DNA from: Bacteroidota bacterium
GTDB lineage: Bacteria; Bacteroidota; Bacteroidia; Palsa-948
Direction of reading: 5' to 3'
Assembly (NCBI GenBank): GCA_003164895.1
Contig: PLUL01000039.1
Span: forward strand, 4,307-68,306
DNA: 64,000 nt
In this document: positions 1 to 9,814 of the stretch, one piece after another
How the letters are laid out: the number at the start of each line of letters is the position of its first letter
Position numbering within the stretch: the stretch's first letter is position 1
Position numbers and translations under genes: made by a program
Notes under the pieces: model-generated
Database searches by the model: none
Seen by the model: only the letters and a program-made list of their open reading frames with translations
Told to the model about the DNA's origin: nothing

Positions 1-1446
1 AGCCAATCCTGTGATGGAGTTTGTGGTGTTTCCACCTGGAGCCCATGCGTAGGTGTAAGGATGCACACCTCCATAGGCATAAACAGTTGCGTTCGCTTTG
101 TAGCCATAACATGAAATGCTAGTAACTTTATTGCTATCTGCCACAGCAGTTGCAGGTTGAGTTAATGTAATGTTTGCTGAATCAAGACAGCCATTGCTGT
201 CGGTAACTTTTACGGTATAAGAACCAGCAGTTAATCCTGTTAACGCTGCGGTACTTGCTCCTGATGACCAAGCATAAGTGAATGGTGAAGTTCCGCCTGC
301 AACACCCACAGTTACTCTTCCGGTGTTGGTTCCATAGCAAGCAATATTTCTTATATGAATCATGCTGTCGCGCAGTTGTCCGGGCTGAGTAATGGTAACA
401 AGGGTAAGCGCTTTACATCCTACAGAATCGGTTGCAGTAAAAGTATAATTTCCTGCAATTAATCCTGAAATAGAAGTAGTAGTATTTCCGCTTGGTGACC
501 ATAAATACGTGTCGTGATGACCTAAACCTCCCACCACACTGCATATTGCGAAACCATTATTTTGTCCATTACATTTTACGTTAGATGAAGTAGTAAGCGA
601 AGAATTAAGTGTGGTGCTATCCGAAACAATTGCTGTTGTGTTTAAATGGCAACCGTGAGCATCAATAACCGTACAGGTATAATTTCCTAAACCAAGCCCA
701 CTGATAGAAGTTGTAGTGTTGCCACTTGGCGACCAAGAGTAGGTGTAGGGAATTACTCCATTTGAAGCAAGAATACTTACAGAACCATTACTAACTGTGC
801 AAGCGCTAGGAGCCACCGTTGCTGTTGTAGTAATAGCAACAGGTTGTGTAATGGTGATTGTATCTTTTGTTTTGCAATTATTAGAATCAGTAACAGTAAC
901 AATATAGTTACCTGCTGTGAGATTACTTGCCGAGTGAGTTGTGCTTACAGCAGGTGACCAAGAAAAAGTATATGAAGGTACTCCGCCTCCTGCCAGTACA
1001 GCTGCACTTCCATTATTTCCACCATTACATATATCGTTTGTAGATGCAGAAGTGGTAAGCGTGAGTTTTGGTGGTTGGGTAACATTAACGATTACTGTAC
1101 CAGTACACCCAAGAGCATTGGTTATGGAAACGGTATAAGTACCTGCAGTTAAATTAACAGCAGCATCAATTGAGTCTTGAGCAAAATTAGTAGCTGAAGG
1201 TGACCATGTAAAAGTATATGGACCTGTACTACCAAAAGCAAATACCAGAAGAGGGGTGGTGAGTCCCGTATTACCTCCATAACATTTTACATTTTGTTGC
1301 AGTATTACAGTGCCAAAAATAAAACAAGAATTTGAAGGAGGATTGCCTTTGTCAGTTAAAGATGAATTGAGTAGTTGATTTTGATTTTGAGCATATGCAA
1401 AAAATGCACTACACAATATTGAACTAATAAGTAATAATTTTTTCAT
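1..1446 (-). CDS. SprB-repeat cell-surface protein, N-terminal portion (gene continues past the left edge)
   Basis: Minus-strand frame is open from base 1 to the ATG at 1446-1444. It is absent from the ORF track because no stop lies inside the window. N-terminus MKKLLLISSILCSAFFAYAQ looks like a signal peptide. It is followed by repeats of the type VKCYGGNTG...GSTGPYTFTWSP...LTAGTYTVSITNALGC, the SprB-repeat pattern of Bacteroidota surface proteins. Confidence 0.7.
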   Translation of the reverse strand, partial: MKKLLLISSILCSAFFAYAQNQNQLLNSSLTDKGNPPSNSCFIFGTVILQQNVKCYGGNTGLTTPLLVFAFGSTGPYTFTWSPSATNFAQDSIDAAVNLTAGTYTVSITNALGCTGTVIVNVTQPPKLTLTTSASTNDICNGGNNGSAAVLAGGGVPSYTFSWSPAVSTTHSASNLTAGNYIVTVTDSNNCKTKDTITITQPVAITTTATVAPSACTVSNGSVSILASNGVIPYTYSWSPSGNTTTSISGLGLGNYTCTVIDAHGCHLNTTAIVSDSTTLNSSLTTSSNVKCNGQNNGFAICSVVGGLGHHDTYLWSPSGNTTTSISGLIAGNYTFTATDSVGCKALTLVTITQPGQLRDSMIHIRNIACYGTNTGRVTVGVAGGTSPFTYAWSSGASTAALTGLTAGSYTVKVTDSNGCLDSANITLTQPATAVADSNKVTSISCYGYKANATVYAYGGVHPYTYAWAPGGNTTNSITGLA

Positions 1447-1641
1447 GCTATAAAGTTTTTAATGAGGGTTTTAAAATTTCTTTTAGATACGATATGTCAT
1501 TGGGAACAAAAATATTTCTACCATACTAAAATAAAACAACTATTTCTGAGAAACAAAGATAATAAAATAGTGATAGGATGTTATAGAGTCAGCGGGTAAT
1601 TTTACTTTAGAAACCCTTTTATGATTGAATATTAAAAAGAT

Positions 1642-1675
1642 AAAACCCCAGTAATTATAAAATCATTGGGGTTTT
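1642..1675 (-). terminator. Hairpin terminator downstream of the S8 peptidase gene
   Basis: AAAACCCCA (1642-1650) pairs with TGGGGTTTT (1667-1675). Read on the minus strand it is followed by a T-rich tract (ATCTTTTTAAT) and lies about 65 nt after the stop at 1740. Confidence 0.5.
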
Positions 1676-1739
1676 ATATATCCTCGATCAGGGTTTGAAC
1701 CTGCGACAGTCAGGTTTTTTCTTTATAAACATTTTAGAA

Positions 1740-4688
1740 TCATCTTGCAATCGTCATTTTCTTGGTTAACATTGCATCTCCTGCTTTCAACTGAATGAAA
1801 TAATTTCCTGAGCTGCACTTTGAAATGTCAAGAGGCAATATATTTCTTCCCTGAACAAGATTATTTACTACCATTACTGTTTCTCCTATTCCGTTAATAA
1901 TAGCAAGAGAAGATCCCGTGATATTTTCAAGATCATAGCTGATATTAACCATGTGAGATGCAGGGTTTGGATAGGCTTCCATCCAAAAATTTTCAGCAGC
2001 TATATTATTCACACCTGTTGCACAAGAGCCAGTATTGTCCCATTTATATTGCGCCTGGCATGCGCTCGCCTGAATGTCTGTAAGGTTATCTCCAGCAATG
2101 AGTGCAAAAGCAACTGTAACGCTATCGCCAGCAGTAATAGTAAACGGACCACTGCCCAAGCAATCCATCACATCGCCTCCTGCTGCAGGGTATCCATCAT
2201 TATTTCTTGGAGTGGAAAGGACCGTGTATTTCATTGCCGTAGTGAAACCGCTGGCAGTTGTTACATCAATTCCTCCATTGCCGGATGCCACATTATCAAC
2301 AATATAACTATTGGCAGGAGCTGTATTGGTAAGTAATTTTATGGCTGCATAAGGTCCATTAGTAACTGTATTCCAAGCATATCCCATTTTATTCGTTGCG
2401 TCATAAGCGCCTTTGTTATGTGAAGCATCTGCATTGGGTATATCCCAGTCAAACATAAGACCTGCATACAAATTGTTGAGTGTGGAACTACCTGTATTTT
2501 TAATATTATATTTTACGATTATAAATTTTCTAAAGGGAGCAGTATTCCATGCGTAAGCGCTGTGATGTACTTGAACCGGAATAGGGCTGCTCGTATTGGA
2601 ATGTGCATCATTAAATTTTCCATCCACATCAAAATTTGAAACTACTACTGGTGATACCTCACGCACACGCTGCAAAGAAACATTATCGGTGTCACCAATG
2701 GTTACACCGCGAAACATATCCGAAACTTGTGTGGAAGATGTTCCTATCATCAAACTTCCTTCATAAAGTATATCTGTGGGAGAAGGCAGTTGGTATTGGA
2801 AACCAAGACCTTGCTGCTGACCATCAAGATTATAACCGACTCTGCCTTTGCTGGTGATAGAAGTAAATACATCGTTGATGGTAATGTTTACATAATCCAC
2901 ATTCACCAACACATCAAAATAAGTATCGCCAGTAAAAGTTCCATCCACAACATGAATTTTAAATTTAATATCCGCATTCACTGTTGCATTGGTATTTATC
3001 TTCGCGGTAAAAGGGGTGGTGTTATTACTATCTCTTGCAAGAGTTGCCAATACGCCAACAGTGAAATTTCCGTTAACTACTGTTCCGGGTCCTGAAACAA
3101 CGGAAAGTGTTGCCGTTGCAGCACTGCTGCTTGGATCAAGATAGTTGGTAAAAACAGCGCTGATATCCAATGTATCTCCCGGCTGAAAAATAGAACTGTT
3201 TTTGTCTTTAACAGTAACAGGATTTACCAAAATAGATTTTGCTGCTTGTGTTAATGCTTTGTACATATCAATTCTTCCTTTACCAAGTTTGCCTGCATTG
3301 TACTGAGCATCACTTGTCATAGGTGTACAGGTTTGTTTAAGTTTTTCTCCTATCTGGAAAGCATTCGTATAATGAAGTTGAGACTGAATGATAGCCGCCG
3401 CACCTGCCGATATTGGGCAAGCCATAGAAGTTCCGCTCATTGGACCATAACTGCCACTTGCCACGTCAATGGTTGAATAGATATTATTACCTGGCGATGT
3501 ATAGTCAACATCTAATCCATAAGATGAAAAACCTGCCATCACATCAGTAGCAGTGGATGCAGACACGCGATAAACATTATTGTAAGAAGAAGGATATACG
3601 ATATCTTCAGTGCCATTATTTCCTGCCGAAGCGCAGATAAGAATATTGCAATTGATGGCAGCATAGTCAATAATATTTTGACCGAACGAACCGCCGACTG
3701 AACCGCCCCATGAATTGCTGATAACTTTAATTACATTGCCATGTGATACTGAAAAAGCCGCCAGCCATTGAATGCCCTGATAAGCCGCAACTAATGCACC
3801 GGTTGAATCTGCAATTTTGCACTCGATAAATTTGCAATTGAAACCAGGACTTGCTACACCAACTCCATTGTTGGTAACCGCATCTGCATCACCTGAAGTG
3901 GCAACTCCATGGTTGCTTCCCTGCCATGTAGGATCATTATCTCCAAGAGGATTGCTTGAATTTGTGTGCCCAACATCCCATCCTTGATAATCATCTATAT
4001 AGCCGTCACCATCATCATCAATTCCATTAATAGGATCAGCAGTATTCTTATAAGCATTTGCTGCAAGATCTGGGTGTGTTAATTCGGTTCCTGTATCAGT
4101 AAGCCCTATCACTACGCTGGTATTTCCGGTTGAAACTCCCCATGCGTTTGGCGCGTTAATGCTTCCTGTTCCTAATACACCTGTTCCTTTCAAATGATAT
4201 TGATTAGTATTTACATCATTAGGAGTAAGATGAATTTTCGGAACATACCATGGTTCTACATATTCAAAATAGCCGAGCGAAAGCATACCGTTAATTACTT
4301 TTTCAATACTTAAACTCGAATTAAATTTGAAAGAATAAATAAGTGTGATATCTACTAATTTTTGTCCAAGTTCATTTCTGTCCTTTGATGGAACTTGTTC
4401 ATTAGGGAACATCTTTACGAGATTTTGAAATCCTACGTTCTGAAAAAAATCCTGTAATGGAAGGAGATTGTCTACTGAATTTCCTTTGCAATTTTGACGA
4501 TACTGAGATTTCACTTTGAAAATAATTGTATTCGTAAGATAATCTCCTTCTTTAACATTGGGAGACATCTTGAATGATTTTGGTGATTGAGCACCAACAA
4601 TAATCACTTCACATTTATTTCCGGCAAACAGAAAAGAAGTGCTACAGGAAAAAAGAGCGATACAAAATAACGTAGAAATTTTTTTCAT
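1740..4688 (-). CDS. S8 family subtilisin-like serine peptidase with T9SS C-terminal sorting domain
   Basis: Subtilase triad motifs occur in D-H-S order: GLTDTGTE, NHGVATSG, GTSMACPISAG. There is an N-terminal signal peptide. The C-terminus YPNPASHMVNISY...GNYFIQLKAGDAMLTKKMTIAR fits the T9SS sorting-domain pattern. Confidence 0.9.
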   Translation of the reverse strand: MKKISTLFCIALFSCSTSFLFAGNKCEVIIVGAQSPKSFKMSPNVKEGDYLTNTIIFKVKSQYRQNCKGNSVDNLLPLQDFFQNVGFQNLVKMFPNEQVPSKDRNELGQKLVDITLIYSFKFNSSLSIEKVINGMLSLGYFEYVEPWYVPKIHLTPNDVNTNQYHLKGTGVLGTGSINAPNAWGVSTGNTSVVIGLTDTGTELTHPDLAANAYKNTADPINGIDDDGDGYIDDYQGWDVGHTNSSNPLGDNDPTWQGSNHGVATSGDADAVTNNGVGVASPGFNCKFIECKIADSTGALVAAYQGIQWLAAFSVSHGNVIKVISNSWGGSVGGSFGQNIIDYAAINCNILICASAGNNGTEDIVYPSSYNNVYRVSASTATDVMAGFSSYGLDVDYTSPGNNIYSTIDVASGSYGPMSGTSMACPISAGAAAIIQSQLHYTNAFQIGEKLKQTCTPMTSDAQYNAGKLGKGRIDMYKALTQAAKSILVNPVTVKDKNSSIFQPGDTLDISAVFTNYLDPSSSAATATLSVVSGPGTVVNGNFTVGVLATLARDSNNTTPFTAKINTNATVNADIKFKIHVVDGTFTGDTYFDVLVNVDYVNITINDVFTSITSKGRVGYNLDGQQQGLGFQYQLPSPTDILYEGSLMIGTSSTQVSDMFRGVTIGDTDNVSLQRVREVSPVVVSNFDVDGKFNDAHSNTSSPIPVQVHHSAYAWNTAPFRKFIIVKYNIKNTGSSTLNNLYAGLMFDWDIPNADASHNKGAYDATNKMGYAWNTVTNGPYAAIKLLTNTAPANSYIVDNVASGNGGIDVTTASGFTTAMKYTVLSTPRNNDGYPAAGGDVMDCLGSGPFTITAGDSVTVAFALIAGDNLTDIQASACQAQYKWDNTGSCATGVNNIAAENFWMEAYPNPASHMVNISYDLENITGSSLAIINGIGETVMVVNNLVQGRNILPLDISKCSSGNYFIQLKAGDAMLTKKMTIAR

Positions 4689-4814
4689 AATTTATTTTTT
4701 TAGAATGTGGGTCATTTAAGAAATGTAAAGGTATAAATATTCATATCAAAGTCAAATTATCTGAGAGTTTATTTCTTACTTAATCTCAAAGTTTTTTCCT
4801 TTCATTAAATCGCA

Positions 4815-5264
4815 TCAGTTAAAGTCAGGGAAATCTTTTAAAAAATCATACTTATTCTTTTCGTAATTTATCTCGCAGCAATAATGTTTTAATCCGTTTG
4901 TTACAGCAAGAAATTTAGTTTTTGTTTTCCCCGACATATTGTAAACCGCCACCTGCTGAAATGTGTCCTGCGAAATCTTTACTTCGGGCGCTTTGCATTC
5001 AATGATCATCCACAGGTTTCCGTTTTTATCGTAAACAGTAATGTCGCTGCGTTTCTTCAAGCGATTGTATTTTAATCCGGTTTCAACAGCAATTAAAGAA
5101 GCAAGGTATTTTTTTTCTTCGATAATGTATTTTATAAAATTCTGCCGAACCCATTCTTCGGGTGTGAGAGCCACAAATTTTTTTCGGATGGAATCAAAAA
5201 TCCGGATTCCTTTTTCAGACTTTTGAATTCTGAAACTATATTCGGGAAGATTTAATTTAATCAT
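4815..5264 (-). CDS. HsdR N-terminal-domain-like (PD-(D/E)xK-type) small protein
   Basis: 149 aa with EWVRQNF...IIECK core, resembling the type I restriction enzyme R N-terminal domain family. From memory, Bacteroidota often encode this as a stand-alone gene next to holA. No methylase or specificity genes are nearby. Confidence 0.55.
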   Translation of the reverse strand: MIKLNLPEYSFRIQKSEKGIRIFDSIRKKFVALTPEEWVRQNFIKYIIEEKKYLASLIAVETGLKYNRLKKRSDITVYDKNGNLWMIIECKAPEVKISQDTFQQVAVYNMSGKTKTKFLAVTNGLKHYCCEINYEKNKYDFLKDFPDFN

Positions 5265-5349
5265 TGTTCGAATCGCGAAAGAGAACGAATATACGAATTT
5301 GAAAATCCCGCAATTCGTATATTCGCAAAGATTCGAGATTCATACAGCT

Positions 5350-6393
5350 ATGGAGTTTGAAAAAATCATATCCGACCTCAAGAACAAAGTTTACCATCCC
5401 GTCTATTTTTTGATGGGGGAAGAGCCGTACTTTATTGATGCGGTTGCAAATTACATTGAAAAAAATGTGCTGGACGATGGCGAAAAAGAATTCAACCAAA
5501 CGGTTGTTTACGGAGGAGAAACAAATATCTCGGCAGTGATTGGTGCTGCAAAGCGCTACCCGATGATGAGCAATTACCAGGTGGTGATTGTAAAGGAAGC
5601 GCAGAATTTGAAACAACTCGCTCCTACTCCATCTTCAAAAAGTGAAAGTAGTGAGGAGAAAAAATTTCCTCTTGAACTTTACCTCGACAATCCTCAAAAG
5701 ACTACCATTCTTGTTTTCTGTCACAAATACAAAACGGTTGACATGCGAACTGCGTTTGCAAAAAATCTTTCCAAGCGTGCAGTGGTGCTTAAGTCAGATC
5801 CGGTAAAAGACTGGAACATTCCGCAATGGATCGAAAGTTTTTTGAAAACAAAAAGCTATTCCATCGAACCAAAGGCGAGTCAAATGCTTACCGAATTTCT
5901 GGGAAATGATTTGAGTAAAATTGTAAATGAACTTGAAAAACTTTTTTTGAACATTCCAGAAAAATCAAAGATTACTCCCGATCATATTCAGCAGTATATC
6001 GGAATCAGCAAAGAATATAATAATTTTGAATTGCAAGATGCCATCGGAAAAAGAGATGTTCTAAAAGCGAACCAGATCATCAACTATTTTGCTTCCAATC
6101 CAAAGGACAATCCGATGGTAATGACTGTTGGATTGCTTGGAAGTTATTTTACTCGTTTGCTTATTTGCCATGAATTTAAAAACCAACCTAAAAATACACT
6201 GGCTGCGGAATTAAAAGTATCTCCTTATATTGTCGATAAAATTTTATTGCAGGCAAATAATTATCCGCAGGCAAAAATATTTAGAAATATTTCTTTGCTT
6301 CGCCATTACGATTTGCGCTCAAAAGGATTTGACGGTGAAAGCATTAACCAAAGCGAATTATTGAAGGAACTTGTTTTCTGGCTTATTCATTAA
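5350..6393 (+). CDS. holA: DNA polymerase III delta subunit
   Basis: N-terminus MEFEKIISDLKNKVYHPVYFLMGEEPYFID and overall length are typical of HolA. Start moved to the ATG at 5350; the ORF-track start at 5299 adds 17 unconserved residues. Confidence 0.8.
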   Translation: MEFEKIISDLKNKVYHPVYFLMGEEPYFIDAVANYIEKNVLDDGEKEFNQTVVYGGETNISAVIGAAKRYPMMSNYQVVIVKEAQNLKQLAPTPSSKSESSEEKKFPLELYLDNPQKTTILVFCHKYKTVDMRTAFAKNLSKRAVVLKSDPVKDWNIPQWIESFLKTKSYSIEPKASQMLTEFLGNDLSKIVNELEKLFLNIPEKSKITPDHIQQYIGISKEYNNFELQDAIGKRDVLKANQIINYFASNPKDNPMVMTVGLLGSYFTRLLICHEFKNQPKNTLAAELKVSPYIVDKILLQANNYPQAKIFRNISLLRHYDLRSKGFDGESINQSELLKELVFWLIH

Positions 6394-6481
6394 AACTACC
6401 ATTCATTTCCTGAAAATAATTTTTCCTTTGAGGTAATGATCTTGGGAGAAAAAATCATACTATTGAATCCCAAAAACAAAA

Positions 6482-6513
6482 AATCCCATCGGAAATTTCT
6501 CTCCGATAGGATT
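6482..6513. terminator. Hairpin between convergent holA and adhesin genes
   Basis: AATCCCATCGGA (6482-6493) pairs with TCCGATAGGATT (6502-6513) with one mismatch. An A-run lies upstream on the plus strand, which is a T-run after the stem on the minus strand. Confidence 0.5.
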
Positions 6514-6546
6514 AATTTGTAAACCATTAACAACTAACCAAACAAC

Positions 6547-9429
6547 CTATTGAATCTTTACAATCTTAGCATTTCTCACCATATCTCCAGAACGTACTTC
6601 TATTAAGTAAACTCCGTTGGTCAAACCACTGATACTTAGTTGCTCCGAGAAATTCTCATTAGCAAAAACAATCTTATCCATCACTTTCTGACCGAACATA
6701 TTGATAATGCTCACTTGCAGATTTGCTGCTACAGAAAGTGTTCCCTCTATGAAAATATAATCGTTTGCAGGATTAGGGAACACCTTGATAGTTCCGTTAT
6801 CCGTTAAGGTAGAAATACCGGTTGGGGAAGAAATAGTAACCGAAGCAATGGTCATACAACCAATAGCATCCGTTACCTGCACAGAATAAGTACCTCTTGG
6901 AAGACCGGAAACACTTTGAGTAGTTGCTGCCAAAGGACTCCATTGATAAGTATATGGCGCACTTCCACCAGTTGGTGTTGCAGTTGCACTTCCATCAGCA
7001 CAAGAAAAACAAGTAGCGTTGGTAGATGTTACAGAAACAGTAAGCAATGGACTAACTGTTATAGCGTGACAACTTGCCAAACTTGTTCCGCATGCATTAC
7101 TTGCAGTTACACATACATTACCGGAAGTGCTTCCAAAATTTACTGTAACAGAATTCGTTCCTTGCCCTGAAACAACATTTCCTCCGGTAGGTGCTGTCCA
7201 TGTATAGGATGTAGCATTGGTAACAGGAGCAATAGAATAGTTTCCTGAACCTGCATTACATACTGTTGTTGCTCCGGTTATTCCACCGGGTATTGCAGGT
7301 GCAATCGGTGAAATCATTACCGCTAAACAGTTTGGAGCACTTGTACTGCAAGAGTTACTTGCATCTACACAAATATTTCCTGAAACATTTCCAAATGCTA
7401 TTGTGATTGTTGCAGTGCCTTGTCCTGCTGTAACTGTTGCGGTAGTTGGAACAGTCCAGTTATAAGAAGTGGCATTTGTAACCGAAGCTATAGAATAAGT
7501 AACTCCTGTTTGATTTGCACAAGCCGATGTTGGTCCAGTAATCGAACCTACAATTCCAACTGCTGCTGCTGCATCTACAGTTATTGTTTGGCAACTTGCC
7601 AAACTTGTGCCGCAAGCATTTCCTGCTGTTACACAAACCGTTCCTGATGTTGCTCCAAATGTTACAGTAGCAGTTGATGTTCCTTGTCCTGCCGTAATAG
7701 TTGCCGTTGCAGGAACTGACCAAGTATAAACAGTCGCATTAGCAACACTTGTTATAGAGTAAACAACTCCTGTTTGTCCACTACAAACCGTTGTTGGACC
7801 CGTTATTGCTCCGGGAATTCCGGGAGCAGTAGGAGCTACATTTATTACTAACGTCTTTGGCGGACTTGTACTGCAATTATTACTTGCTGTTACACTCAGT
7901 GTTCCCGATGTAGTATATGATACTGTAACGGTTTGGGTGCCTTGGCCCGCCGTGATAGTCGCTGTTCCAGGTACAGACCAATTATAACTTGTCGCATTCG
8001 TTACAGTTCCGATTGTATAGTTTACACTCTGTCCTGAACATATGGCTGTCGGTCCCGTGATCGTTCCTACTGCTCCTACATTCGCACTTGGATCTACTGT
8101 TACTGCCAAACAATTTGTTGCGCTTGAACCGCAGGCATTACTGTCCGCTACGCATACTGTTCCGGATGATGCTCCAAATGTTATTGTTACCGATCGTGTT
8201 CCTTGTCCCGCTGTTATCGTTGCTGTTGCCGGAACGGTCCAGTTATAATAGGTCGTATTTGTTACTGCTGTAATTGAATACGCTGCTGTTGCTCCCGTAC
8301 ACACTGTCGTTGCTCCAGTGATTGCTCCTGCTATCGCCGGGATCGAAGGGGATACGGTGACTGTTTTACAAACTGACGCACTGCTATTGCAACTATTACT
8401 TGCTGATACGCAAACATTACCATTGGTAGCTCCAAAACTTACTGTAACAGATGTTGTTCCTTGCCCTGCAGTTACAGTTGCCGATCCTGTTGTTGTCCAA
8501 GTATAAGTAGCAGCATTAGCAACAGGTGCTATTGAATAAGTAATACCTGTTTGATTTAAACATACAGATGATTGTCCCGTAATTGTTCCTACTGTTCCTA
8601 CTTGCGGTGTTGGATTTACTGTTACTGCCACACAGGTTTGAGTACTTGCTCCGCAGGCATTGCTTGCAGAACAGCAAACATTACCAGAGAGTGATCCCAT
8701 AGTTACTGTAAGATTTCTTGTTCCCTGCCCAGCAGTTATTGTAGCACCTGTAGGTACAGTCCATGTATAAACAGGAGTACCGGCAATAGTAGGAACAGAA
8801 TAAGTTAATCCTGCTTGTCCGCTGCAAACAGTTCCAACTCCCGTTCCGGTGATTGGACCCGGTGTAGGAGGTATTGCTGTATTAATAGTTACCGTAACAT
8901 TTGCTGTGCTTGTACATCCACCTACACTTGTGCCTGTAACAGTATATACAGTTGTTACTGTAGGACTTGCCACCACAGTAGCTCCAGTTGTAGTATTCAA
9001 CGAAGCTGCCGGCGACCAAGAGTAAGTATTTGCTCCGCTCGCAGCGAGTGTAGATGAACCAACTGAACAAATACTACCGGGCGAAGCTGTAGCAGTTACT
9101 GTAGGAGTTGCTAATACTGTAATGTAATTTAATTTTATCAGGGTGTCTGGTCCGCTGCCATTTGTAGCAATTACAGAAACAGTATAAACTCCAGGCAAGT
9201 TATATGTTCTTGGTCCAGGCGCTGCAGATCCTGATGTAGGACTAGTTGCTCCAACAAAAGACCATGCATAGGTAATAGGACCCGCACCGGTAGTAAGGTT
9301 GGACCATGTTACAGATTTTCCTGCACAAATGGTTGTTGGAGTTGCAGAAAAACTTGCAACCGGAACTTGTGCAAATGCACCGGAAATAAAACCTGCGCAA
9401 ATAAAAGCTGAGAGGAGAATTTTTTTCAT
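6547..9429 (-). CDS. Large repeat adhesin-like surface protein (PKD-like N-terminus, 7 Ig-like repeats, one SprB repeat, T9SS sorting domain)
   Basis: Signal peptide MKKILLSAFICAGFISGAFAQ, then a PKD-like segment (VASFSATPTTICAGKSVTWSN...GVYTVSVIATNGSG). Seven repeats follow of the form C-x-G/N-Q-x-G-x-x-YSI...NAT-x-Y-x-WTVP-x-x-ATITAGQGT-x-x-x-TV-x-FG...G-x-VCV-x-A-x-N-x-CG. One SprB-type repeat (CFSCADGSATATPTGGSAPYTYQWSP...TYSVQVTDAIGC) precedes the T9SS tail (VFPNPANDYIFIEG...GVYLIEVRSGDMVRNAKIVKIQ). Confidence 0.85.
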   Translation of the reverse strand: MKKILLSAFICAGFISGAFAQVPVASFSATPTTICAGKSVTWSNLTTGAGPITYAWSFVGATSPTSGSAAPGPRTYNLPGVYTVSVIATNGSGPDTLIKLNYITVLATPTVTATASPGSICSVGSSTLAASGANTYSWSPAASLNTTTGATVVASPTVTTVYTVTGTSVGGCTSTANVTVTINTAIPPTPGPITGTGVGTVCSGQAGLTYSVPTIAGTPVYTWTVPTGATITAGQGTRNLTVTMGSLSGNVCCSASNACGASTQTCVAVTVNPTPQVGTVGTITGQSSVCLNQTGITYSIAPVANAATYTWTTTGSATVTAGQGTTSVTVSFGATNGNVCVSASNSCNSSASVCKTVTVSPSIPAIAGAITGATTVCTGATAAYSITAVTNTTYYNWTVPATATITAGQGTRSVTITFGASSGTVCVADSNACGSSATNCLAVTVDPSANVGAVGTITGPTAICSGQSVNYTIGTVTNATSYNWSVPGTATITAGQGTQTVTVSYTTSGTLSVTASNNCSTSPPKTLVINVAPTAPGIPGAITGPTTVCSGQTGVVYSITSVANATVYTWSVPATATITAGQGTSTATVTFGATSGTVCVTAGNACGTSLASCQTITVDAAAAVGIVGSITGPTSACANQTGVTYSIASVTNATSYNWTVPTTATVTAGQGTATITIAFGNVSGNICVDASNSCSTSAPNCLAVMISPIAPAIPGGITGATTVCNAGSGNYSIAPVTNATSYTWTAPTGGNVVSGQGTNSVTVNFGSTSGNVCVTASNACGTSLASCHAITVSPLLTVSVTSTNATCFSCADGSATATPTGGSAPYTYQWSPLAATTQSVSGLPRGTYSVQVTDAIGCMTIASVTISSPTGISTLTDNGTIKVFPNPANDYIFIEGTLSVAANLQVSIINMFGQKVMDKIVFANENFSEQLSISGLTNGVYLIEVRSGDMVRNAKIVKIQ
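7048..8859 (-). repeat. Seven tandem ~86-codon coding repeats inside the adhesin gene
   Basis: Residues ~191-794 of the 960-aa product form 7 consecutive homologous units. Linkers alternate between P-x-A-I-P/A-G and A-x-VG-x-VG types, suggesting two-unit duplications. Confidence 0.8.
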
Positions 9430-9814
9430 GAAGTAGTTTTTAGAAAGTATGTGTATTTAGAATTTATTGTGCGCTTTTGAAATGGAGTGGTAAATGTAAA
9501 AATATATGATTATAATCATATTGAAATGCAATATTTTTTTTATGCACCGTTTTTTTTATTAATTATTGACGATTTTGTGTGATATATAATACAGATGTAA
9601 ATGATATTATAATAGTTGGGTAAAATAATGATTGATAAAAAATATTTTCTTCATCTGCCGAAATTCTAAAACACTTCATCGAAAAATATTTTTCACTCGT
9701 CTAAAATGAAGCATTATTCAAAGTTGCCACGCATAATATTTATTTTCTAAATCGTTTTACTGTAAAAAGAAACTCATGATACAAGTTGTACTCGGTGCTA
9801 AAAAATAAAACTAA

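Noticed and set aside
1953-3095. Antisense ORFs inside the S8 peptidase genes, and similar ones inside the adhesin, acnA, DPP-IV, pst, hemN and NrfD-like genes
   Set aside because: They lie wholly within longer ORFs that have strong family motifs on the opposite strand or another frame. They have low-complexity or Cys/Ser/Ile-rich compositions typical of shadow ORFs.
4815-5264. Restriction-modification or defence locus suggested by the HsdR_N-like domain
   Set aside because: It is a stand-alone 149-aa protein with no helicase, methylase or specificity genes nearby. From memory, this small gene commonly neighbours holA in Bacteroidota, so no defence function is claimed.
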